64,000 bases of DNA from Nitrospinaceae bacterium (GCA_965223665.1 OZ245011.1:2688001-2752000); one strand, 5' to 3'. Shown: positions 35,824 through 50,164, counted from the first letter of the stretch. A program made the numbers and translations. The notes: generated by a model not told the origin, from the letters alone.

Positions 35824-37926
35824 TTACACAGTCACTTCATTCGAAGTACCAGTAGATTTTGCGATCAATTCCTCAGCGATTGCAGAAGGCACTACGTCGT
35901 ATTTCAAAAATTCCATAGAAAAATTAGCTCGACCTTGCGTCGCCGATCGCAAATCTGTTGAATATCCAAACATCCCAGCTAAGGGAACTTCGGCTCGCAC
36001 CACTTTCGCTCCTGCCCTGTCACTCAGCTCTTTTACTTTTCCACGTTTGGAATTAAGATTTCCTATTACATCCCCCATAAACTCTTCCGGGGTCACTACT
36101 TCAACATCCATCACAGGTTCCAATAGATTAGGCTTTGCCTTCTTACAAGCATCCCTAAAGGCAATTGAAGCACAAATCTTAAATGCCATTTCAGAGGAAT
36201 CCACATCATGGAAAGATCCATCATCCAAAGACACTCGCACATCCACTACAGGGAATCCGCAAACTATACCACGGTCCATAGCTTCTTCAATGCCTTTTTG
36301 AACCGCTGGGATATATTCTTTTGGAATCGCACCCCCTACAATATTATTCACAAACTCAAACCCAGACCCTGGCTCACGCGGCTCCACCTTGATTTCAACA
36401 TGACCATACTGACCACGACCACCGGATTGCTTAACATATTTATACTCATGATCCACTGATTTAGATATGGTCTCACGATAAGCCACCTGCGGCTTAGAAA
36501 CATGAACATCCAAATTAAACTCCCGCCGCATTCGATCAACCAAAATTTCTAGATGCAATTCGCCCATTCCAGAGATAACGGTTTGATTCGTATCATGATC
36601 AATACGAACTTCAAAAGTAGGATCTTCTTGCTGAAGTTTAATGAGACAATCAGAGAGCTTTTCTTGTTCCTGTTTGGTTTTAGGTTCAATAGCAACAGAA
36701 ATAACGGGTTGCGGGAAGGAAATTGATTCCAAAATTACAGGCTTATCTTCGGGACATAATGTATCACCTGTAAAAGATTTTTTTAATCCGATGGCAGCAG
36801 CAATATCTCCCGGACCCACGGAACTTACTTCCTCTCTTTTATTAGCGTGCATGCGCAATAGCCGACCCACGCGCTCCTTAATATTCTTTGTAGAATTATA
36901 AACATAGGACCCACTTTTCATTTGACCAGAATAAACTCGAAAATATGCCAATTGCCCTACAAAGGGGTCAGAAATAATTTTAAAAGCTAACGCAGCAAGA
37001 GGCTCATCCTCGCTGGATTTACGTTCAACTTCTTCTTGTGTATTGGGATTTACACCCACAATGGAAGGCACATCATTTGGAGAAGGAAGATAGTGCACTA
37101 CAGCATCAAGCAACTGCTGAACTCCTTTATTTTTAAACGCTGATCCACAAAAAATAGGAGTGAAACTCAAATCCAAGGTTCCCTTTCGGACCGTCGCCCG
37201 AACTTCTTCTTCAGAAATATCTTCACCACCCAAAAATTTCTCCATGATAGATTCATCTATATCAGATAAAGCCTCCATCAATGCTTCCCTATATTGCTCT
37301 GCATCATCACGCAAATTATCAGGAATATCGACCTCTTCAAAGGTTTCACCTTTGTTAGTTTTATCGTTATAGACATTTGCCTTCATCGTTACCAAATCAA
37401 TAACACCTTCAAAATCATTTTCAGCACCCATGGGCAATTGCATAATGACAGGACGCGCATTCAGCCGATCTTTCATTTGCTGGACGCAACCCATAAAATC
37501 GGCACCCGTTCGATCCATCTTATTCACAAAACTGATTCTTGGTACTTTATACTTTGAAGCCTGCCGCCATACTGTTTCAGATTGAGGCTCGACTCCGCCC
37601 ACAGCACAAAAAACACCTATCGCGCCATCTAAAACCCGCAACGACCTCTCCACTTCGGCGGTAAAGTCAACATGACCCGGAGTATCAATTATATTAATCT
37701 GATGCCCTAACCAAAAACATGTTGTAGCAGCCGAGGTAATCGTGATACCACGCTCCTGCTCTTGCTCCATCCAGTCCATTGTGGCATTTCCGTCATGGAC
37801 TTCGCCGATCTTGTGGCTTTTACCTGTATAATAAAGAACCCGCTCGGTGGTGGTAGTTTTTCCTGCATCAATGTGGGCAATAATCCCAATGTTCCGCAAT
37901 TCTTCTAGTTTAATTTTCTTTGCCAT
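35824..37926 (-). CDS. fusA: Elongation factor G
   Basis: [29 protein letters not shown]. Confidence 0.99.
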   Translation of the reverse strand: MAKKIKLEELRNIGIIAHIDAGKTTTTERVLYYTGKSHKIGEVHDGNATMDWMEQEQERGITITSAATTCFWLGHQINIIDTPGHVDFTAEVERSLRVLDGAIGVFCAVGGVEPQSETVWRQASKYKVPRISFVNKMDRTGADFMGCVQQMKDRLNARPVIMQLPMGAENDFEGVIDLVTMKANVYNDKTNKGETFEEVDIPDNLRDDAEQYREALMEALSDIDESIMEKFLGGEDISEEEVRATVRKGTLDLSFTPIFCGSAFKNKGVQQLLDAVVHYLPSPNDVPSIVGVNPNTQEEVERKSSEDEPLAALAFKIISDPFVGQLAYFRVYSGQMKSGSYVYNSTKNIKERVGRLLRMHANKREEVSSVGPGDIAAAIGLKKSFTGDTLCPEDKPVILESISFPQPVISVAIEPKTKQEQEKLSDCLIKLQQEDPTFEVRIDHDTNQTVISGMGELHLEILVDRMRREFNLDVHVSKPQVAYRETISKSVDHEYKYVKQSGGRGQYGHVEIKVEPREPGSGFEFVNNIVGGAIPKEYIPAVQKGIEEAMDRGIVCGFPVVDVRVSLDDGSFHDVDSSEMAFKICASIAFRDACKKAKPNLLEPVMDVEVVTPEEFMGDVIGNLNSKRGKVKELSDRAGAKVVRAEVPLAGMFGYSTDLRSATQGRANFSMEFLKYDVVPSAIAEELIAKSTGTSNEVTV

Positions 37927-37953
37927 AATTCACCTACGCTCTTACCAATTCGA

Positions 37954-38424
37954 CTACCATCGATAATGCGCGAAGGCTTTGTTTGCTTCGGCCATACGAT
38001 GAACATCTTCCCTTTTTTTAATTGCTCCCCCCGCATTGTTGTATGCGTCTAAAAGCTCACTGGTCAATTTATCAGCCATGGAATGACCACTGCGCGATTT
38101 CGCAAATGAAATTAACCATCGAATACTTAACGCAGTTCGACGGTTCTGACTCACCTCCACCGGAACCTGATATGTTGCACCCCCAACACGGCGAGAACGA
38201 ACCTCCAAGAGAGGCGCCGCATTATCAATTGCCTTTTTAAAAACCTTTAATGGCTCTTCTTTAGTTTTTTCCCCAAGAGCATCAAGAGCTGAATACAAAA
38301 TCCTCTCAGCCAAACTCTTTTTTCCCTGTTTCAGCAGGCTGTTCACAAAACGAGCCACTAAAATATCATTGAATTTAGGGTCAGGTAAAATTTCTCGCTT
38401 TTCTGCTTCGCGTCTTCTTGCCAT
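37954..38424 (-). CDS. rpsG: 30S ribosomal protein S7
   Basis: [26 protein letters not shown]. Confidence 0.98.
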   Translation of the reverse strand: MARRREAEKREILPDPKFNDILVARFVNSLLKQGKKSLAERILYSALDALGEKTKEEPLKVFKKAIDNAAPLLEVRSRRVGGATYQVPVEVSQNRRTALSIRWLISFAKSRSGHSMADKLTSELLDAYNNAGGAIKKREDVHRMAEANKAFAHYRW

Positions 38425-38442
38425 AATAGTCTTAAAATTTAT

Positions 38443-38820
38443 TTAGGATTTTTTCGGCCGCTTGGCCCCGTATTTCGATCGCCCCTGCATTCGATTTTCT
38501 ACGCCTAAGGTGTCCAAACTTCCCCGCACAACATGGTAGCGCACACCCGGCAAATCCTTCACACGACCGCCACGAATTAAAACAATGGAGTGCTCTTGCA
38601 AATTATGACCTACACCAGGAATATAAGTGGTCACTTCCATCCCATTTGTCAGCCTTACCCTAGCCACCTTCCTTAAAGCTGAATTAGGCTTCTTGGGCGT
38701 CGATGTATAAACCCTTACACATACTCCACGCTTTTGTGGGCAACTTTTTAGGGCCGGACTCGCTGTTTTAGAAACTGGCTTTTTCCTGCCAATTTTGACC
38801 AATTGATTAATGGTCGGCAA
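38443..38820 (-). CDS. rpsL: 30S ribosomal protein S12 (TTG start)
   Basis: [27 protein letters not shown]. Confidence 0.98.
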   Translation of the reverse strand: MPTINQLVKIGRKKPVSKTASPALKSCPQKRGVCVRVYTSTPKKPNSALRKVARVRLTNGMEVTTYIPGVGHNLQEHSIVLIRGGRVKDLPGVRYHVVRGSLDTLGVENRMQGRSKYGAKRPKKS

Positions 38821-38924
38821 AATAAACCTCTCTCTCAAAGGCCTGCACCACCATCCAGCAGGCCGCTGCTTAACGGTTTGTTTTTATTGATCTATGGATT
38901 TAGATGGTGACGGAAAAGTAATGG

Positions 38925-38952
38925 ATTTTATCACTCTTTCTGACGGAGTCAA
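38925..38952 (-). promoter_or_regulatory. sigma70 promoter for the rpsL/str operon
   Basis: TTGACT-16nt-TAAAAT with extended -10 TG. Confidence 0.65.
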
Positions 38953-38978
38953 GTGCAAATTAAGGGAAACCTAAATTT

Positions 38979-41900
38979 TCACTCTTCTACTGTCGCCGCA
39001 GTCTCTTCTTCTTCCACCTTGGGCTCTTCTGGTTCCTCAAATTCGGGCTCTTCTATGCGTATTCCACTATAAGCCCGACACCCTGTTCCTGCCGGAATCA
39101 AACGACCCATGATCACATTTTCTTTCAATCCTATCAGCCTATCCTCTTTTCCACTTACCGCAACTTCAGTTAACACCCGAGTGGTTTCCTGGAAGGAAGC
39201 GGCTGAAATAAAACTCTCTGTACTCAATGAGGATTTGGTAATCCCCAGAAGGACCGGCAATCCTTGTGCGGGCTTTCCCTTATCCTTTATAACTTCTTGA
39301 TTTTTAATGTTAAATATTTTTCGAGTTGACTGTTCACCTACCAATAGATCCGTGTCTCCCGGATCTTCAATCTGCAAATGACGCAACATCTGACGAACAA
39401 TAACCTCAATATGCTTATCATTTATAGTTACTCCCTGCAGCCGATAGACTTCCTGAACTTCGTTTACCAGGTATTTTTGCAACTCGTTTTCACCAAGGAT
39501 TCTTAAAATATCGTGTGGATTTGAAGCTCCATCCATCAAAGCTTCCCCAGCAATAACCGTGTCTCCTTCGTGAACATTAATGTGCTTTCCTCTGGGAATG
39601 AGGTACTCGCGCTCTTCACCATTGTCATTTACTACAACAACTTTACGCATTCCTTTTACAAAACCGCCAAATTTTACCGTCCCGTCAATTTCCGTTATCG
39701 TTGCTTGCTCATGCGGCTTACGCGCTTCAAATAATTCAGCAACCCTAGGAAGACCCCCGGTAATATCTTTGGTTTTTGCAGTTTCTCTAGGAATTTTAAC
39801 AATTACATCTCCCGCATTTACGAAGTCACCTTCATTAACATTAATGTGGGCTCCTGCGGGGAGAATGTATCGACGCAATGTCTCGCCACTATCATCTTTT
39901 ATGGAAATTCGCGGCTGCTTTTTCTCATCACGATGACTAATAATAACCTTTGAAGACAACCCAGTGATTTCATCGAAATCTTCCTTCATGGTTGTCCCTT
40001 CAATGATATCCCCATATGCAATAGTCCCGGCAACTTCAGTCAAAATCGAGTTGGTATATGGATCCCATTCCACCAGGGTTTGATTAGGCTGAACCTCCTG
40101 CCCATCATGCACCTTAAGCTTTGCGGCATACACAATGGAATAACGTTCTTTTTCGCGACCATGCTCGTCCTGCACAATAAGACTTCCATTCCGGTTCATA
40201 ACGATAATCTCTCCTCGCTGATTCCGGATAGTGCGCAATCCGCCATATTTAATTACCCCACCACGCTTTGTACTCAAAGTGGTTTGCTCAACTACACGAC
40301 TCGCAGTTCCACCAATATGGAAGGTCCGCATGGTAAGCTGGGTTCCTGGCTCTCCAATAGATTGAGCCGCAATTACACCAACCGGCTCACCCACTTCCAC
40401 CCAATCGTTTGTGGCCAAGTTTCGACCATAACACTTAACACAAAGCCCTTGATGAGATTCGCAGGTCAAACAAGAACGAATTTTCACTTTCTCAATCCCC
40501 GCGTTATCTATCAACTCAACCGCTCTTTCATCGATAAGAGAATTTGCTTCAATTAACACTTCATTAGTAAAAGGATCGATTATATCTTCCAAAGAAGTTC
40601 TACCTAAAAGACGATCACCCAATGGCTGAATAATCTCACCAGCTTCAACCAAGGAATAAGTTTCGACTCCTTTTAGAGTTCCACAATCTTCTTCCAGAAT
40701 AATAATATCTTGAGCAACATCCACTAATCGACGAGTTAAATAACCTGAATTTGCCGTTTTTAATGCTGTGTCGGCCAATCCCTTACGCGCACCATGGGTA
40801 GAAATAAAGTACTGAATCACAGACAAACCTTCACGGAAATTAGCAGTAATTGGAGTTTCAATAATTTCTCCAGATGGCTTAGCCATTAACCCACGCATTC
40901 CTGCTAATTGGCGCAATTGCTGAGAACTACCTCTCGCTCCTGAATCTGCCATGATGAAAATTGAATTAAAATCCTTCTTATCCACACCATCAACAACTCG
41001 CTCATCCTCTTCTTCCAATTCACGGAACATTTCTTCAGAAACCCTTTCCGTAACATGAGCCCAGATATCGATTACTTTGTTATAACGCTCCCCATTAGTG
41101 ATCAATCCATCTCGATACTGGTTGTACACCCTTAAAACTTCGTCAGCAGCTTTTTGAACCAAAGGCTCTTTGGCTTTGGGAATTTTCATATGATCAATTG
41201 AAATGGAAAGCCCTGCTTCAGTTGCAAACTTAAATCCAAGTTCTTTGACGTTATCCAACAAAGCAACCGTTTTCTCACGGCCCACTTGTTTAAAAGAAGT
41301 AGCAATCAATTCAGAAAGAGATTTTTTATTCATCTCCTGATTAACTAAAGTGAAAGGTAACTCCCTGGGCAACACTTCATACAAAAGAATTCGCCCTGTA
41401 GTCGTTACTTCCAGCTTACCATTTACATTAACCATAATACGCGCTTGTAAGTGCAGCTCGTCATGATCAAAGGCGGCACGCACCTCTTTAGCAGAACAAA
41501 AAACTTTACCCTCGCCTTTCACTCCCCCGCGGATTTTGGTCATATAATAACCACCCAGAACAATGTCTTGACTGGGAACCGCAATAGGCCTTCCATTAGC
41601 AGGCGACAAAACATTATTGGGGGACATCATAAGAAGTTGAGCTTCCACCCGAGCTTCCATTGACAGCGGAACATGCACGGCCATCTGGTCACCATCAAAG
41701 TCCGCATTAAAAGCTGTACAAACCAATGGATGAATCCTAATAGCTTTTCCTTCAATCAACACAGGCTCAAAAGCTTGAATTCCCAATCGATGAAGCGTAG
41801 GAGCGCGGTTTAAAAGAACCGGATGCTTTTGAATTACCTCTTCAAGAACTTCCCAGACTTCCGCTCGTTCTTGCTCAACCATTTTTTTTGCGGTTTTTAT

Positions 41901-43076
41901 GGTCGCGGCATACCCTTTCTGCTCAAGGCGATTAAAAATAAACGGCTTAAACAATTCCAAGGCCATCTTTTTAGGCAACCCACATTGATGCAGTTTTAAT
42001 TCAGGACCTACAACAATTACCGATCGACCTGAGTAATCCACCCGTTTTCCAAGCAAGTTTTGACGGAACCTACCTTGCTTTCCTTTAAGCATGTCACTTA
42101 AGGATTTAAGAGGACGCTTATTCGTTCCGCGAAGCGTTCTCCCCCTTCGACCATTATCAAATAAAGCCGATACCGCTTCCTGCAACATTCGCTTTTCATT
42201 ACGAATAATAATTTGGGGAGCTTTTAACTCCTGAAGTCGCTTTAATCGATTATTTCTATTAATTACCCTGCGATACAAATCATTTAAATCAGAGGTAGCA
42301 AAACGCCCCCCATCTAATGGCACCAACGGCCTTAATTCAGGTGGGATAACTGGAATAACATTCAAAATCATCCACTCTGGGCGATTTCCAGATTTCCGAA
42401 AAGCCTCAATAATTTTTAATCGCTTAGCAATTTTTCTTTTATTAAGAACAGAAGAAGTTTTTACAAATCCTTCCTTAAGCTCTACTGCGGTAGCCTCTAA
42501 ATCAATCGCTTTTAAGAGTTCAAATACTCCCTCCGAACCCACCATAGTTTTAAGTCCGGCTGGAAACTCCATTTCTGCTTCACGAAATTCATTTTCGGTC
42601 AAAAGCTGACCTGGATTAAAATCAGAGTCCCCAGGATCCAAGACTACATAATTTTCAAAATAAACAATCCGCTCAAGCTCTTTTAAGGTAAGATCCAAAA
42701 TATGCCCAATTCGACTCGGCAATCCTTTAAAGAACCAGATATGAGCCACCGGGCTGGCTAATTCAATATGCCCCAGCCGTTCCCGGCGAACTTTAGAAAG
42801 GATGACCTCAACACCACATTTTTCGCAGATCACCCCTTTATGCTTCATTCTTTTATACTTACCGCAGTTACATTCCCAATCCTTTACAGGACCAAAAATT
42901 TTGGCGCAGAACAAACCATCGCGTTCAGGCTTAAAGGTCCTGTAATTGATGGTTTCAGGTTTTTTGACTTCACCATAAGACCAAGACCGGATTTTCTCCG
43001 GTGAAGCTAAACGAACTCGAATAGCATCAAAAATAATTGGATTTTTGGGTTTTTCAAAAAAGTTCAGGTTATCCAC
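38979..43076 (-). CDS. rpoC: RNA polymerase beta' subunit
   Basis: NADFDGD active site; N-terminal Zn ribbon [23 protein letters not shown]. Confidence 0.99.
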   Translation of the reverse strand: MDNLNFFEKPKNPIIFDAIRVRLASPEKIRSWSYGEVKKPETINYRTFKPERDGLFCAKIFGPVKDWECNCGKYKRMKHKGVICEKCGVEVILSKVRRERLGHIELASPVAHIWFFKGLPSRIGHILDLTLKELERIVYFENYVVLDPGDSDFNPGQLLTENEFREAEMEFPAGLKTMVGSEGVFELLKAIDLEATAVELKEGFVKTSSVLNKRKIAKRLKIIEAFRKSGNRPEWMILNVIPVIPPELRPLVPLDGGRFATSDLNDLYRRVINRNNRLKRLQELKAPQIIIRNEKRMLQEAVSALFDNGRRGRTLRGTNKRPLKSLSDMLKGKQGRFRQNLLGKRVDYSGRSVIVVGPELKLHQCGLPKKMALELFKPFIFNRLEQKGYAATIKTAKKMVEQERAEVWEVLEEVIQKHPVLLNRAPTLHRLGIQAFEPVLIEGKAIRIHPLVCTAFNADFDGDQMAVHVPLSMEARVEAQLLMMSPNNVLSPANGRPIAVPSQDIVLGGYYMTKIRGGVKGEGKVFCSAKEVRAAFDHDELHLQARIMVNVNGKLEVTTTGRILLYEVLPRELPFTLVNQEMNKKSLSELIATSFKQVGREKTVALLDNVKELGFKFATEAGLSISIDHMKIPKAKEPLVQKAADEVLRVYNQYRDGLITNGERYNKVIDIWAHVTERVSEEMFRELEEEDERVVDGVDKKDFNSIFIMADSGARGSSQQLRQLAGMRGLMAKPSGEIIETPITANFREGLSVIQYFISTHGARKGLADTALKTANSGYLTRRLVDVAQDIIILEEDCGTLKGVETYSLVEAGEIIQPLGDRLLGRTSLEDIIDPFTNEVLIEANSLIDERAVELIDNAGIEKVKIRSCLTCESHQGLCVKCYGRNLATNDWVEVGEPVGVIAAQSIGEPGTQLTMRTFHIGGTASRVVEQTTLSTKRGGVIKYGGLRTIRNQRGEIIVMNRNGSLIVQDEHGREKERYSIVYAAKLKVHDGQEVQPNQTLVEWDPYTNSILTEVAGTIAYGDIIEGTTMKEDFDEITGLSSKVIISHRDEKKQPRISIKDDSGETLRRYILPAGAHINVNEGDFVNAGDVIVKIPRETAKTKDITGGLPRVAELFEARKPHEQATITEIDGTVKFGGFVKGMRKVVVVNDNGEEREYLIPRGKHINVHEGDTVIAGEALMDGASNPHDILRILGENELQKYLVNEVQEVYRLQGVTINDKHIEVIVRQMLRHLQIEDPGDTDLLVGEQSTRKIFNIKNQEVIKDKGKPAQGLPVLLGITKSSLSTESFISAASFQETTRVLTEVAVSGKEDRLIGLKENVIMGRLIPAGTGCRAYSGIRIEEPEFEEPEEPKVEEEETAATVEE

Positions 43077-43152
43077 AAGCGTGGTCTCCTTGAAAAGTTA
43101 TCGATATATTTCGCCCAAGGATTGCATGATTATTTGCCGGGTAGAAATTACT

Positions 43153-46100
43153 TTATTTTGCCGTTTCAATCAGTTCTACATCAATCGCGAGGCTTTGCAG
43201 TTCTTTAACCAAAACATTAAACGACTCAGGCAAACTTGGAGTAAGGTTGGTATCTCCTTTAACAATCGCTTCATACATTCGCTTTCGACCCTCAACATCA
43301 TCCGACTTCACAGTCAACATTTCCTGAAGAGAGTAAGCTGCCCCGTAAGCTTCCAAAGCCCATACCTCCATTTCCCCTAATCGCTGTCCACCAAATTGAG
43401 CTTTTCCACCCAATGGCTGCTGAGTAACAAGGGAATAAGGCCCTGTAGAACGGGCATGAATTTTATCGTCGACAAGATGATGCAACTTAAGCATATAAAT
43501 ATAGCCCACCATTACCTTTTGCTGAAAGGGAAAGCCTGTGCGCCCATCAAAGAGATTTTCTTCTCCTGAAGGAGAACAACCACCCTCATTTAGCAAACGG
43601 CGAACATCTTCCTCATTAGCCCCATCAAATACAGGGGTAGCCATATGCTTACCTGTAGCTTTTGCCGCCATACCTAAATTAGTTTCAAATATTTGCCCCA
43701 CATTCATTCGGGATGGAACCCCAAGTGGATTTAATATCAATTCAATCGGCGATCCATTTTCCATATAAGGCATATCTTCTTCAGGAACAATTTTAGACAC
43801 CACACCTTTATTTCCATGACGTCCCGCCATCTTATCCCCAACTTGAAGCTTGCGTTTCATAGCCACAAAAACTTTCACCAGTTTAATTACACCTGGCGCC
43901 AAATCATCTCCTTTTTTTAATTTCGCCACTTTCTCACTCATCATGGCTTTAAGAATTTGAATTTGGTCTTTGCAACTATCATCTATTTGCTGCATTTCCG
44001 CAGAATCTACATCTTTAACTGGGATCTTTACCAGATCCTTAGAGACAACCCCCTTAAGGTCCTCTGCAGATAATACATGCCCTTTTTCAAAACTGCGCTT
44101 ACCCACTGTCTCGGATTTAGAAACCACTTTACCCAAGAGCATTGAGGTTAACTTTTTCTCTGATTCTGAACGGACAATATCAATCTCATCACTAAAATCT
44201 TTTTCGATTTTGGCAATTTCTTCTTCCTCAATAGAGAGACTTCGAGAATCCTTATCTACACCTTTCCTTGAAAAAACCTTTACATCAATTACAATCCCTT
44301 GAATTCCTGGAGGCACTCGCAAAGACGTGTCTCGCACATCCCCCGCCTTCTCACCAAAAATTGCTTTTAGAAGTTTCTCTTCGGGACTGAGCTGGGTCTC
44401 TCCTTTAGGAGTTATTTTCCCTACTAATATATCGTTTGGCTTGACACTCGCACCAATTCGAATAATCCCACTTTCATCAAGATTCCTCAGAGCATCCTCA
44501 CCCACGTTGGAAATATCTCGGGTAATTTCTTCTTTTCCCTGCTTGGTATCACGCGCCTCGACTTCAAATTCCTCAATATGGACCGAAGTAAAAATATCTT
44601 CTTTTACAACTTTTTCACTTATCACAATTGCATCCTCAAAGTTGTAGCCTTCCCACGGCATGAACGCTACCAAAACGTTACGACCCAGAGCTAACTCACC
44701 TTTATCGGTTGAAGGCCCATCAGCTATAACCTGTCCCTTCTTCACCTTTTCACCTGAAATCACTAAGGGACGCTGGTTAATACAGGTATTTTGGTTGGAC
44801 CGCTGATATTTTGACAACGTATAAATATCCACTTTCGAACCCAGAACCCGATTGTGCCGTTTAGCTTTTTCACTCGATCGAACTACAATACGGGAAGAAT
44901 CAGCACTAATAACCTCTCCATCACTATCCGAAACCACAACAGCACCAGAATCTCGAGCAACAATACTTTCCATTCCAGTTCCAACCAAAGGCGCTTCCGT
45001 TAACAATAATGGAACTGCCTGACGTTGCATATTGGAACCCATAAGAGCTCGGTTCGCGTCATCATTTTCTAGAAATGGAATCAAAGAAGCTGCAACACTA
45101 ATCAATTGCTTAGGAGAGACATCCATGAAATCGATTTTCTCTCTTGGTGACAAAATAAAGTCACCCCCCTGCCGAGCATCCACAATTTCGTTTTGAAGAT
45201 TATTACCGCTATCCATCTCAGCATTTGCCTGCGCAATAACAAACTCATCCTCCACAACCGCGCTATGAAACTCCACCTTATCGCTAACCTTTCCTTCTGT
45301 TACCTTCCGATAAGGAGTTTCAATAAAACCATAGTCGTTAACCCGCGCGTAAGTGCTAAGGGATGCAATCAATCCAATATTAGGACCCTCAGGGGTTTCA
45401 ATCGGACAAATTCTTCCGTAATGAGTGGGATGCACATCCCGGACTTCAAACCCTGCCCGTTCTCGAGTTAATCCTCCTGGACCCAAAGCGCTCAATCGAC
45501 GCTTATGAGTTACCTCTGAAAGTGGATTCGTTTGGTCCATGAATTGAGACAATTGACTGCTTCCAAAAAATTCCTTTATGGCAGCAGTAACGGGCTTGGA
45601 GTTAATCAGATCATGAGGCATAGCAACTTCTAAATCCTGAACAGACATACGCTCAATAATAGCCCGCTCCATTCGAACTAAACCAACACGAAACTGGTTT
45701 TCCAAAGATTCTCCGACTGCGCGAACTCGACGATTACCCAGGTGATCAATATCATCAATCACACCAATCCCATTTCTCAAATCAACTAAATACTTAACAA
45801 CTGCAATCAAATCTTCTTTTGCCAGCAGTCGATTTTCTAAAGGAATATCCAAATCAAACTTTTGATTCATCTTTAATCGACCCACAACAGAGAGATTGTA
45901 TCGCTTGGGGTTAAAAAATAGATTAAAGAAAAGGGTTTTAGCAATTTCAGTGGTTGGAGGATCCCCCGGACGCAATCGCTTATAAATTTCACGAATTGCA
46001 TCGTCTAAGTTATCGATTTTAGCCAAAACCATGGTATCTCGGATGGTAGTATCGGGCAAATCCTCATCAATATGCAAAATATGAAATTCAGAAATCCCAT

Positions 46101-47361
46101 GTTTTCCAAATAAATCTAAAATGTCGTTAGTGATTTCCTTATTAATATCAACCAAGACCTCTCCGGTTTCCGGGTCAACAATTTCTTTCCCCAGAAAAGA
46201 CCCGATCAAATCTTCACGGTCAATTTCAACCTTTTGCACTCGGCCACCGAGCTTATCTAATTTTTTAGAAATTGCTGGAGTGAGTTTTTTCCCAGACTTT
46301 AAAAGCACCTCTTCGGTTTTTGGGTCCACCACATCTTCTAATACTTTATACCCGGACAAAAGACTTTTGCTCGCCATAAAAAAACGATCATCTTTAAGCG
46401 AAACTTTCTCCAAGCTATAAAAAGATTCCAAAATCTCTTCATTAGACATCCCAAATGCATTAAGCAATATGGTGGCAGGCAACTTACGACGACGGTCAAT
46501 TTTTACGTGCAGAATATCCTTAATATCGAACTCAAAGTCCAACCAGGATCCACGATCTGGAATGACACGGGCAGAATATAAAAATTTCCCACTTACATGA
46601 GATTTTCCTTTGTCATGAGCAAAAAAAGCACCAGGAGAACGGTGCATTTGACTCACTATAACTCGCTCCACTCCGTTTATCATAAACGTCCCGGTATGAC
46701 TCATAACGGGCATTTCACCCAGGAAGATTTTTTGCTCTTTAACTTCACGAACTGAATTTATTACGATTTGAGGCACTTTTTCTTGAGCGAGCAAATCTAC
46801 AATTTTTTCGTCAATTTCAGTCCTTGCGGGAAGAAAGGGTTTACCGGTTTGCGGGTGCTTTACTTCTTCAACAATATATTTTCCTGGCAATTCCTTAAGT
46901 ACGCGAGGACTTAAATCAATCCGCTCACGATCAAACACAACCATGCGAACCATGATTTTAATCGGATCGGAATAGGTCAGCCCTTTTTGCCGACATTCAC
47001 TTAATTTAAATTTTTCTTTATAGGCAACCTCATTACCACAGGTCTCACAGGTAACACCGGCTCCGCCTAATTCCTTATACTCTCCGCAAGCACATTCCCA
47101 CACACCGATCTCATAACCCACATATTCTAATCGGGCATTTATATTTAAATCAGAAATAGGGAATACATCACGAAAAACTTCCTCAAGACCCTGATGCGCC
47201 CTTTCAACTGGGGGCACCTGGGTTTGAAGAAATTGCTCAAAGGATTTTTTCTGAATCTCTATTAAATTTGGTATCTCAATGACCCTAGGGATCTTTGAAA
47301 AGTTTAATCTTTCTCTTGAATCAATTTGGACACGATCGGTGGTTGTATTTGTCATAGACAA
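43153..47361 (-). CDS. rpoB: RNA polymerase beta subunit with N-terminal lineage-specific insertions
   Basis: [42 protein letters not shown]. Confidence 0.99.
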   Translation of the reverse strand: MSMTNTTTDRVQIDSRERLNFSKIPRVIEIPNLIEIQKKSFEQFLQTQVPPVERAHQGLEEVFRDVFPISDLNINARLEYVGYEIGVWECACGEYKELGGAGVTCETCGNEVAYKEKFKLSECRQKGLTYSDPIKIMVRMVVFDRERIDLSPRVLKELPGKYIVEEVKHPQTGKPFLPARTEIDEKIVDLLAQEKVPQIVINSVREVKEQKIFLGEMPVMSHTGTFMINGVERVIVSQMHRSPGAFFAHDKGKSHVSGKFLYSARVIPDRGSWLDFEFDIKDILHVKIDRRRKLPATILLNAFGMSNEEILESFYSLEKVSLKDDRFFMASKSLLSGYKVLEDVVDPKTEEVLLKSGKKLTPAISKKLDKLGGRVQKVEIDREDLIGSFLGKEIVDPETGEVLVDINKEITNDILDLFGKHGISEFHILHIDEDLPDTTIRDTMVLAKIDNLDDAIREIYKRLRPGDPPTTEIAKTLFFNLFFNPKRYNLSVVGRLKMNQKFDLDIPLENRLLAKEDLIAVVKYLVDLRNGIGVIDDIDHLGNRRVRAVGESLENQFRVGLVRMERAIIERMSVQDLEVAMPHDLINSKPVTAAIKEFFGSSQLSQFMDQTNPLSEVTHKRRLSALGPGGLTRERAGFEVRDVHPTHYGRICPIETPEGPNIGLIASLSTYARVNDYGFIETPYRKVTEGKVSDKVEFHSAVVEDEFVIAQANAEMDSGNNLQNEIVDARQGGDFILSPREKIDFMDVSPKQLISVAASLIPFLENDDANRALMGSNMQRQAVPLLLTEAPLVGTGMESIVARDSGAVVVSDSDGEVISADSSRIVVRSSEKAKRHNRVLGSKVDIYTLSKYQRSNQNTCINQRPLVISGEKVKKGQVIADGPSTDKGELALGRNVLVAFMPWEGYNFEDAIVISEKVVKEDIFTSVHIEEFEVEARDTKQGKEEITRDISNVGEDALRNLDESGIIRIGASVKPNDILVGKITPKGETQLSPEEKLLKAIFGEKAGDVRDTSLRVPPGIQGIVIDVKVFSRKGVDKDSRSLSIEEEEIAKIEKDFSDEIDIVRSESEKKLTSMLLGKVVSKSETVGKRSFEKGHVLSAEDLKGVVSKDLVKIPVKDVDSAEMQQIDDSCKDQIQILKAMMSEKVAKLKKGDDLAPGVIKLVKVFVAMKRKLQVGDKMAGRHGNKGVVSKIVPEEDMPYMENGSPIELILNPLGVPSRMNVGQIFETNLGMAAKATGKHMATPVFDGANEEDVRRLLNEGGCSPSGEENLFDGRTGFPFQQKVMVGYIYMLKLHHLVDDKIHARSTGPYSLVTQQPLGGKAQFGGQRLGEMEVWALEAYGAAYSLQEMLTVKSDDVEGRKRMYEAIVKGDTNLTPSLPESFNVLVKELQSLAIDVELIETAK

Positions 47362-47421
47362 TAAAATGTCTCCTCAAGAAATTAATGGATGACACATTTA
47401 ACAAAAGGCAGGATAATTAAA

Positions 47422-47799
47422 TTATTTGACTTCAACCGTTCCGCCAGCTTCCTCAATCTTCTTCTGAATTTCGTCAGCTTCTTCCTTTTTCACTCCTTCT
47501 TTAATGGCTTTAGGTGCAGCTTCAACCAAATCTTTAGCATCTTTCAATCCTAATCCTGTAATCGCTCTAACTTCTTTAATTACCTGGATCTTTTTATCTC
47601 CCGCTGCGGTCAGAACCACATCAAACTCCGTTTTCTCTTCAGCGGGACCCGCATCACCGCCTCCTGCAGGCATTGCCATCATAGCAGGCGCGGCCGCAGA
47701 AACACCATACTTCTCTTCTAGCTCTTTAACAAACTCGGACATCTCCAACACTGTCATATTATCAATGAAGGAAACTACATCCTCCTTAGTGACTGCCAT
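47422..47799 (-). CDS. rplL: 50S ribosomal protein L7/L12
   Basis: [28 protein letters not shown]. Confidence 0.98.
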   Translation of the reverse strand: MAVTKEDVVSFIDNMTVLEMSEFVKELEEKYGVSAAAPAMMAMPAGGGDAGPAEEKTEFDVVLTAAGDKKIQVIKEVRAITGLGLKDAKDLVEAAPKAIKEGVKKEEADEIQKKIEEAGGTVEVK

Positions 47800-47886
47800 C
47801 ACAAACTCCTTTCATTCCATAAGTAAAACAAATTCAATTCCCTAAAAACCGTTTAAATTTTCTGTCTATTGCGGCATTATGCCACT

Positions 47887-48414
47887 TTAACCTTGAGCCT
47901 TTTTCTCTCGAATCGCATCCAATGTGCCCACCAACTGACGGAGCAAGCTACTGAACACACCCACAAAGTTGGTAGTCGGACCTTGCATCACAGAGAGCAT
48001 TTGGGCAATCAAAGCCTCCTTAGACGGAAGCTCTGACAAAGCTTTGACTTGCTCTGGAGTAACCTCTTTACCCTCCACCATTCCACAAATCACTTGTGGA
48101 TGCTTATCTGCACCGGATTTTTCAAAATCCGCCAAAGCTTTAGCTGGCGCAACCGGATCGTCATAACTCACCAACAAGGACACAGGCCCTTTAAAGCTAG
48201 ACTCAATGATCTCAAAAGGTGTGTTCTTCGCAGCTTTTTGAGCGAGGGTATTTTTTATAACCCTAAAATCCAAAGACCGTTCTTTCATATGCGCACGCAA
48301 AGCTGCCATATGAGCGGCGGACATACCATGATAATGACTCAGCACAGCAGATTTAGCCTTCGTAAATACATCATTTAAATCTTCAATCACCTCTTGTTTT
48401 GCTGGTGTAGGCAA
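47887..48414 (-). CDS. rplJ: 50S ribosomal protein L10
   Basis: RVIKNTLA, LPSKEALIA; position between rplA and rplL. Confidence 0.95.
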   Translation of the reverse strand: MPTPAKQEVIEDLNDVFTKAKSAVLSHYHGMSAAHMAALRAHMKERSLDFRVIKNTLAQKAAKNTPFEIIESSFKGPVSLLVSYDDPVAPAKALADFEKSGADKHPQVICGMVEGKEVTPEQVKALSELPSKEALIAQMLSVMQGPTTNFVGVFSSLLRQLVGTLDAIREKKAQG

Positions 48415-48462
48415 CGGACTTTTCCTTTCAAATAACCATTAATTAATTATGATACCCACAAT

Positions 48463-49149
48463 TTATGGAACATAAGCAACTTTAATCCCCGGCCCCATGG
48501 TTGTAGACAACGAAATCCCTCGGACATATTGGCCTTTTGCGGTAGACGGACGGAGCTTTATCAGAGCACCCATTAATTCCTGAAAATTATCCACCAAATC
48601 ATCAACCGAAAAACTGACTTTTCCTACAGGCGCATGGACTATTCCTGCTTTATCGACACGGAAATCCACCTTACCCGCTTGAATCTGATCAATAGCTTCC
48701 TTAACTTCAAATGTCACAGTTCCCGTTTTGGGATTCGGCATCATTCCTCTTGGACCCAGAATCTTTCCCAACTTCCCCACAACACCCATCATATCGGGAG
48801 TAGCCACCACGCGATCAAAATCCAACCAACCTTCTTGAATTTTTTTCACCAAGTCATCCCCGCCCACGAACTCTGCTCCAGCATCCGAGGCTTCCTTTTC
48901 TTTTTCACCCTTAGCAAAAACCAAAATTCGGAATTTTTTACCGGTTCCCTTGGGAAGAACCACACTACCTCGAATATTCTGATCAGCCTTTCGGGGATCA
49001 ACCCCCAATCGGACAGCTATATCCACTGATTGATCAAACTTAACATCCGAACCATCCTTTGCCAGCTGAAGAGCATCCTTCACCTCATACTTTTTGAGGT
49101 TATCCACTTTTTCAGCGGCCGCATTATATTTTTTACCGTGCTTTGCCAT
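48463..49149 (-). CDS. rplA: 50S ribosomal protein L1
   Basis: [32 protein letters not shown]. Confidence 0.98.
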   Translation of the reverse strand: MAKHGKKYNAAAEKVDNLKKYEVKDALQLAKDGSDVKFDQSVDIAVRLGVDPRKADQNIRGSVVLPKGTGKKFRILVFAKGEKEKEASDAGAEFVGGDDLVKKIQEGWLDFDRVVATPDMMGVVGKLGKILGPRGMMPNPKTGTVTFEVKEAIDQIQAGKVDFRVDKAGIVHAPVGKVSFSVDDLVDNFQELMGALIKLRPSTAKGQYVRGISLSTTMGPGIKVAYVP

Positions 49150-49169
49150 TTCAAAAACCCAAAAAGAAA

Positions 49170-49595
49170 TTAACCTTCAACTTTAATACCCATACTCTTT
49201 GCTGAGCCTTCTATGATCTTCATAGCCTGCTCGACATCATAGGCATTTAAATCTTCCATTTTCACATTAGCAATTTCCTTCACCTGCTCACGAGTTACTG
49301 TTCCAACCCCCTCGCGACTAGGATTAGAAGACCCCTTTGCTACTCCCGCGGCTTGTTTAAGCAAAATGGAAGCTGGGGGAGATTTTGTTATAAAGGAAAA
49401 GCTTCTATCCTCGTACACCGTAATGATCACCGGAATGATCATCCCTTCCTGCCCTTGCGTTTTTGCATTAAACGCTTTACAAAATTCCATAATATTGACG
49501 CCATTTTGACCCAAAGCTGGCCCTACAGGAGGCGAAGGAGTAGCCTGCCCAGCCGGGATCTGCAATTTAATCTGCGCCATTTCTTTTTTTGCCAT
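49170..49595 (-). CDS. rplK: 50S ribosomal protein L11
   Basis: [24 protein letters not shown]. Confidence 0.98.
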   Translation of the reverse strand: MAKKEMAQIKLQIPAGQATPSPPVGPALGQNGVNIMEFCKAFNAKTQGQEGMIIPVIITVYEDRSFSFITKSPPASILLKQAAGVAKGSSNPSREGVGTVTREQVKEIANVKMEDLNAYDVEQAMKIIEGSAKSMGIKVEG

Positions 49596-49618
49596 AACTC
49601 GAAACCTAGCCCTTAACT

Positions 49619-50155
49619 TTAAACTTTCTCAATTTGAGGAAACTCTAATTCCACCGGAGTAGCACGACCAAAGATTGAAACCATAACCTTAACCTTACCT
49701 TTATCCGGATTGATTTCCTCCACCACCCCGTTAAAATTCATAAACGGCCCCTCAATCACCCTCACGCTTTCACCTTTTTCAAAGGTAAACTTAGGCTTAG
49801 GCCGCGCTGATTCGCCACGAATCTGCTCCATAATGGTCCGAACTTCTGCCTCATTCAGAGGGGCCGGAGTTGCACCACCTGGAAATCCTGTAACTTTTGG
49901 TGTATTTTTAATTAAATACCAAATATCCTGGTCCATTTCGACGTTAACCAAAACATACCCAGGAAAAAATTTTCTGGAACTAATTTTTTTCTTGCCTTGC
50001 CGGATTTCAACCACTTCTTCGGTAGGGATAATCACTTCCCCTAACTTATCCCGAATCCCCGAATGCGTAAATCTCTCTTCCAAACTGGCCTTCACTTTAT
50101 TCTCATATCCGGAGTAGGTATGAATCACATACCATTCTTTGGCCATAGTTTCCAT
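49619..50155 (-). CDS. nusG: Transcription termination/antitermination factor NusG
   Basis: [22 protein letters not shown] domain with [10 protein letters not shown]. Confidence 0.98.
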   Translation of the reverse strand: METMAKEWYVIHTYSGYENKVKASLEERFTHSGIRDKLGEVIIPTEEVVEIRQGKKKISSRKFFPGYVLVNVEMDQDIWYLIKNTPKVTGFPGGATPAPLNEAEVRTIMEQIRGESARPKPKFTFEKGESVRVIEGPFMNFNGVVEEINPDKGKVKVMVSIFGRATPVELEFPQIEKV

Positions 50156-50164
50156 AATCCTCAG

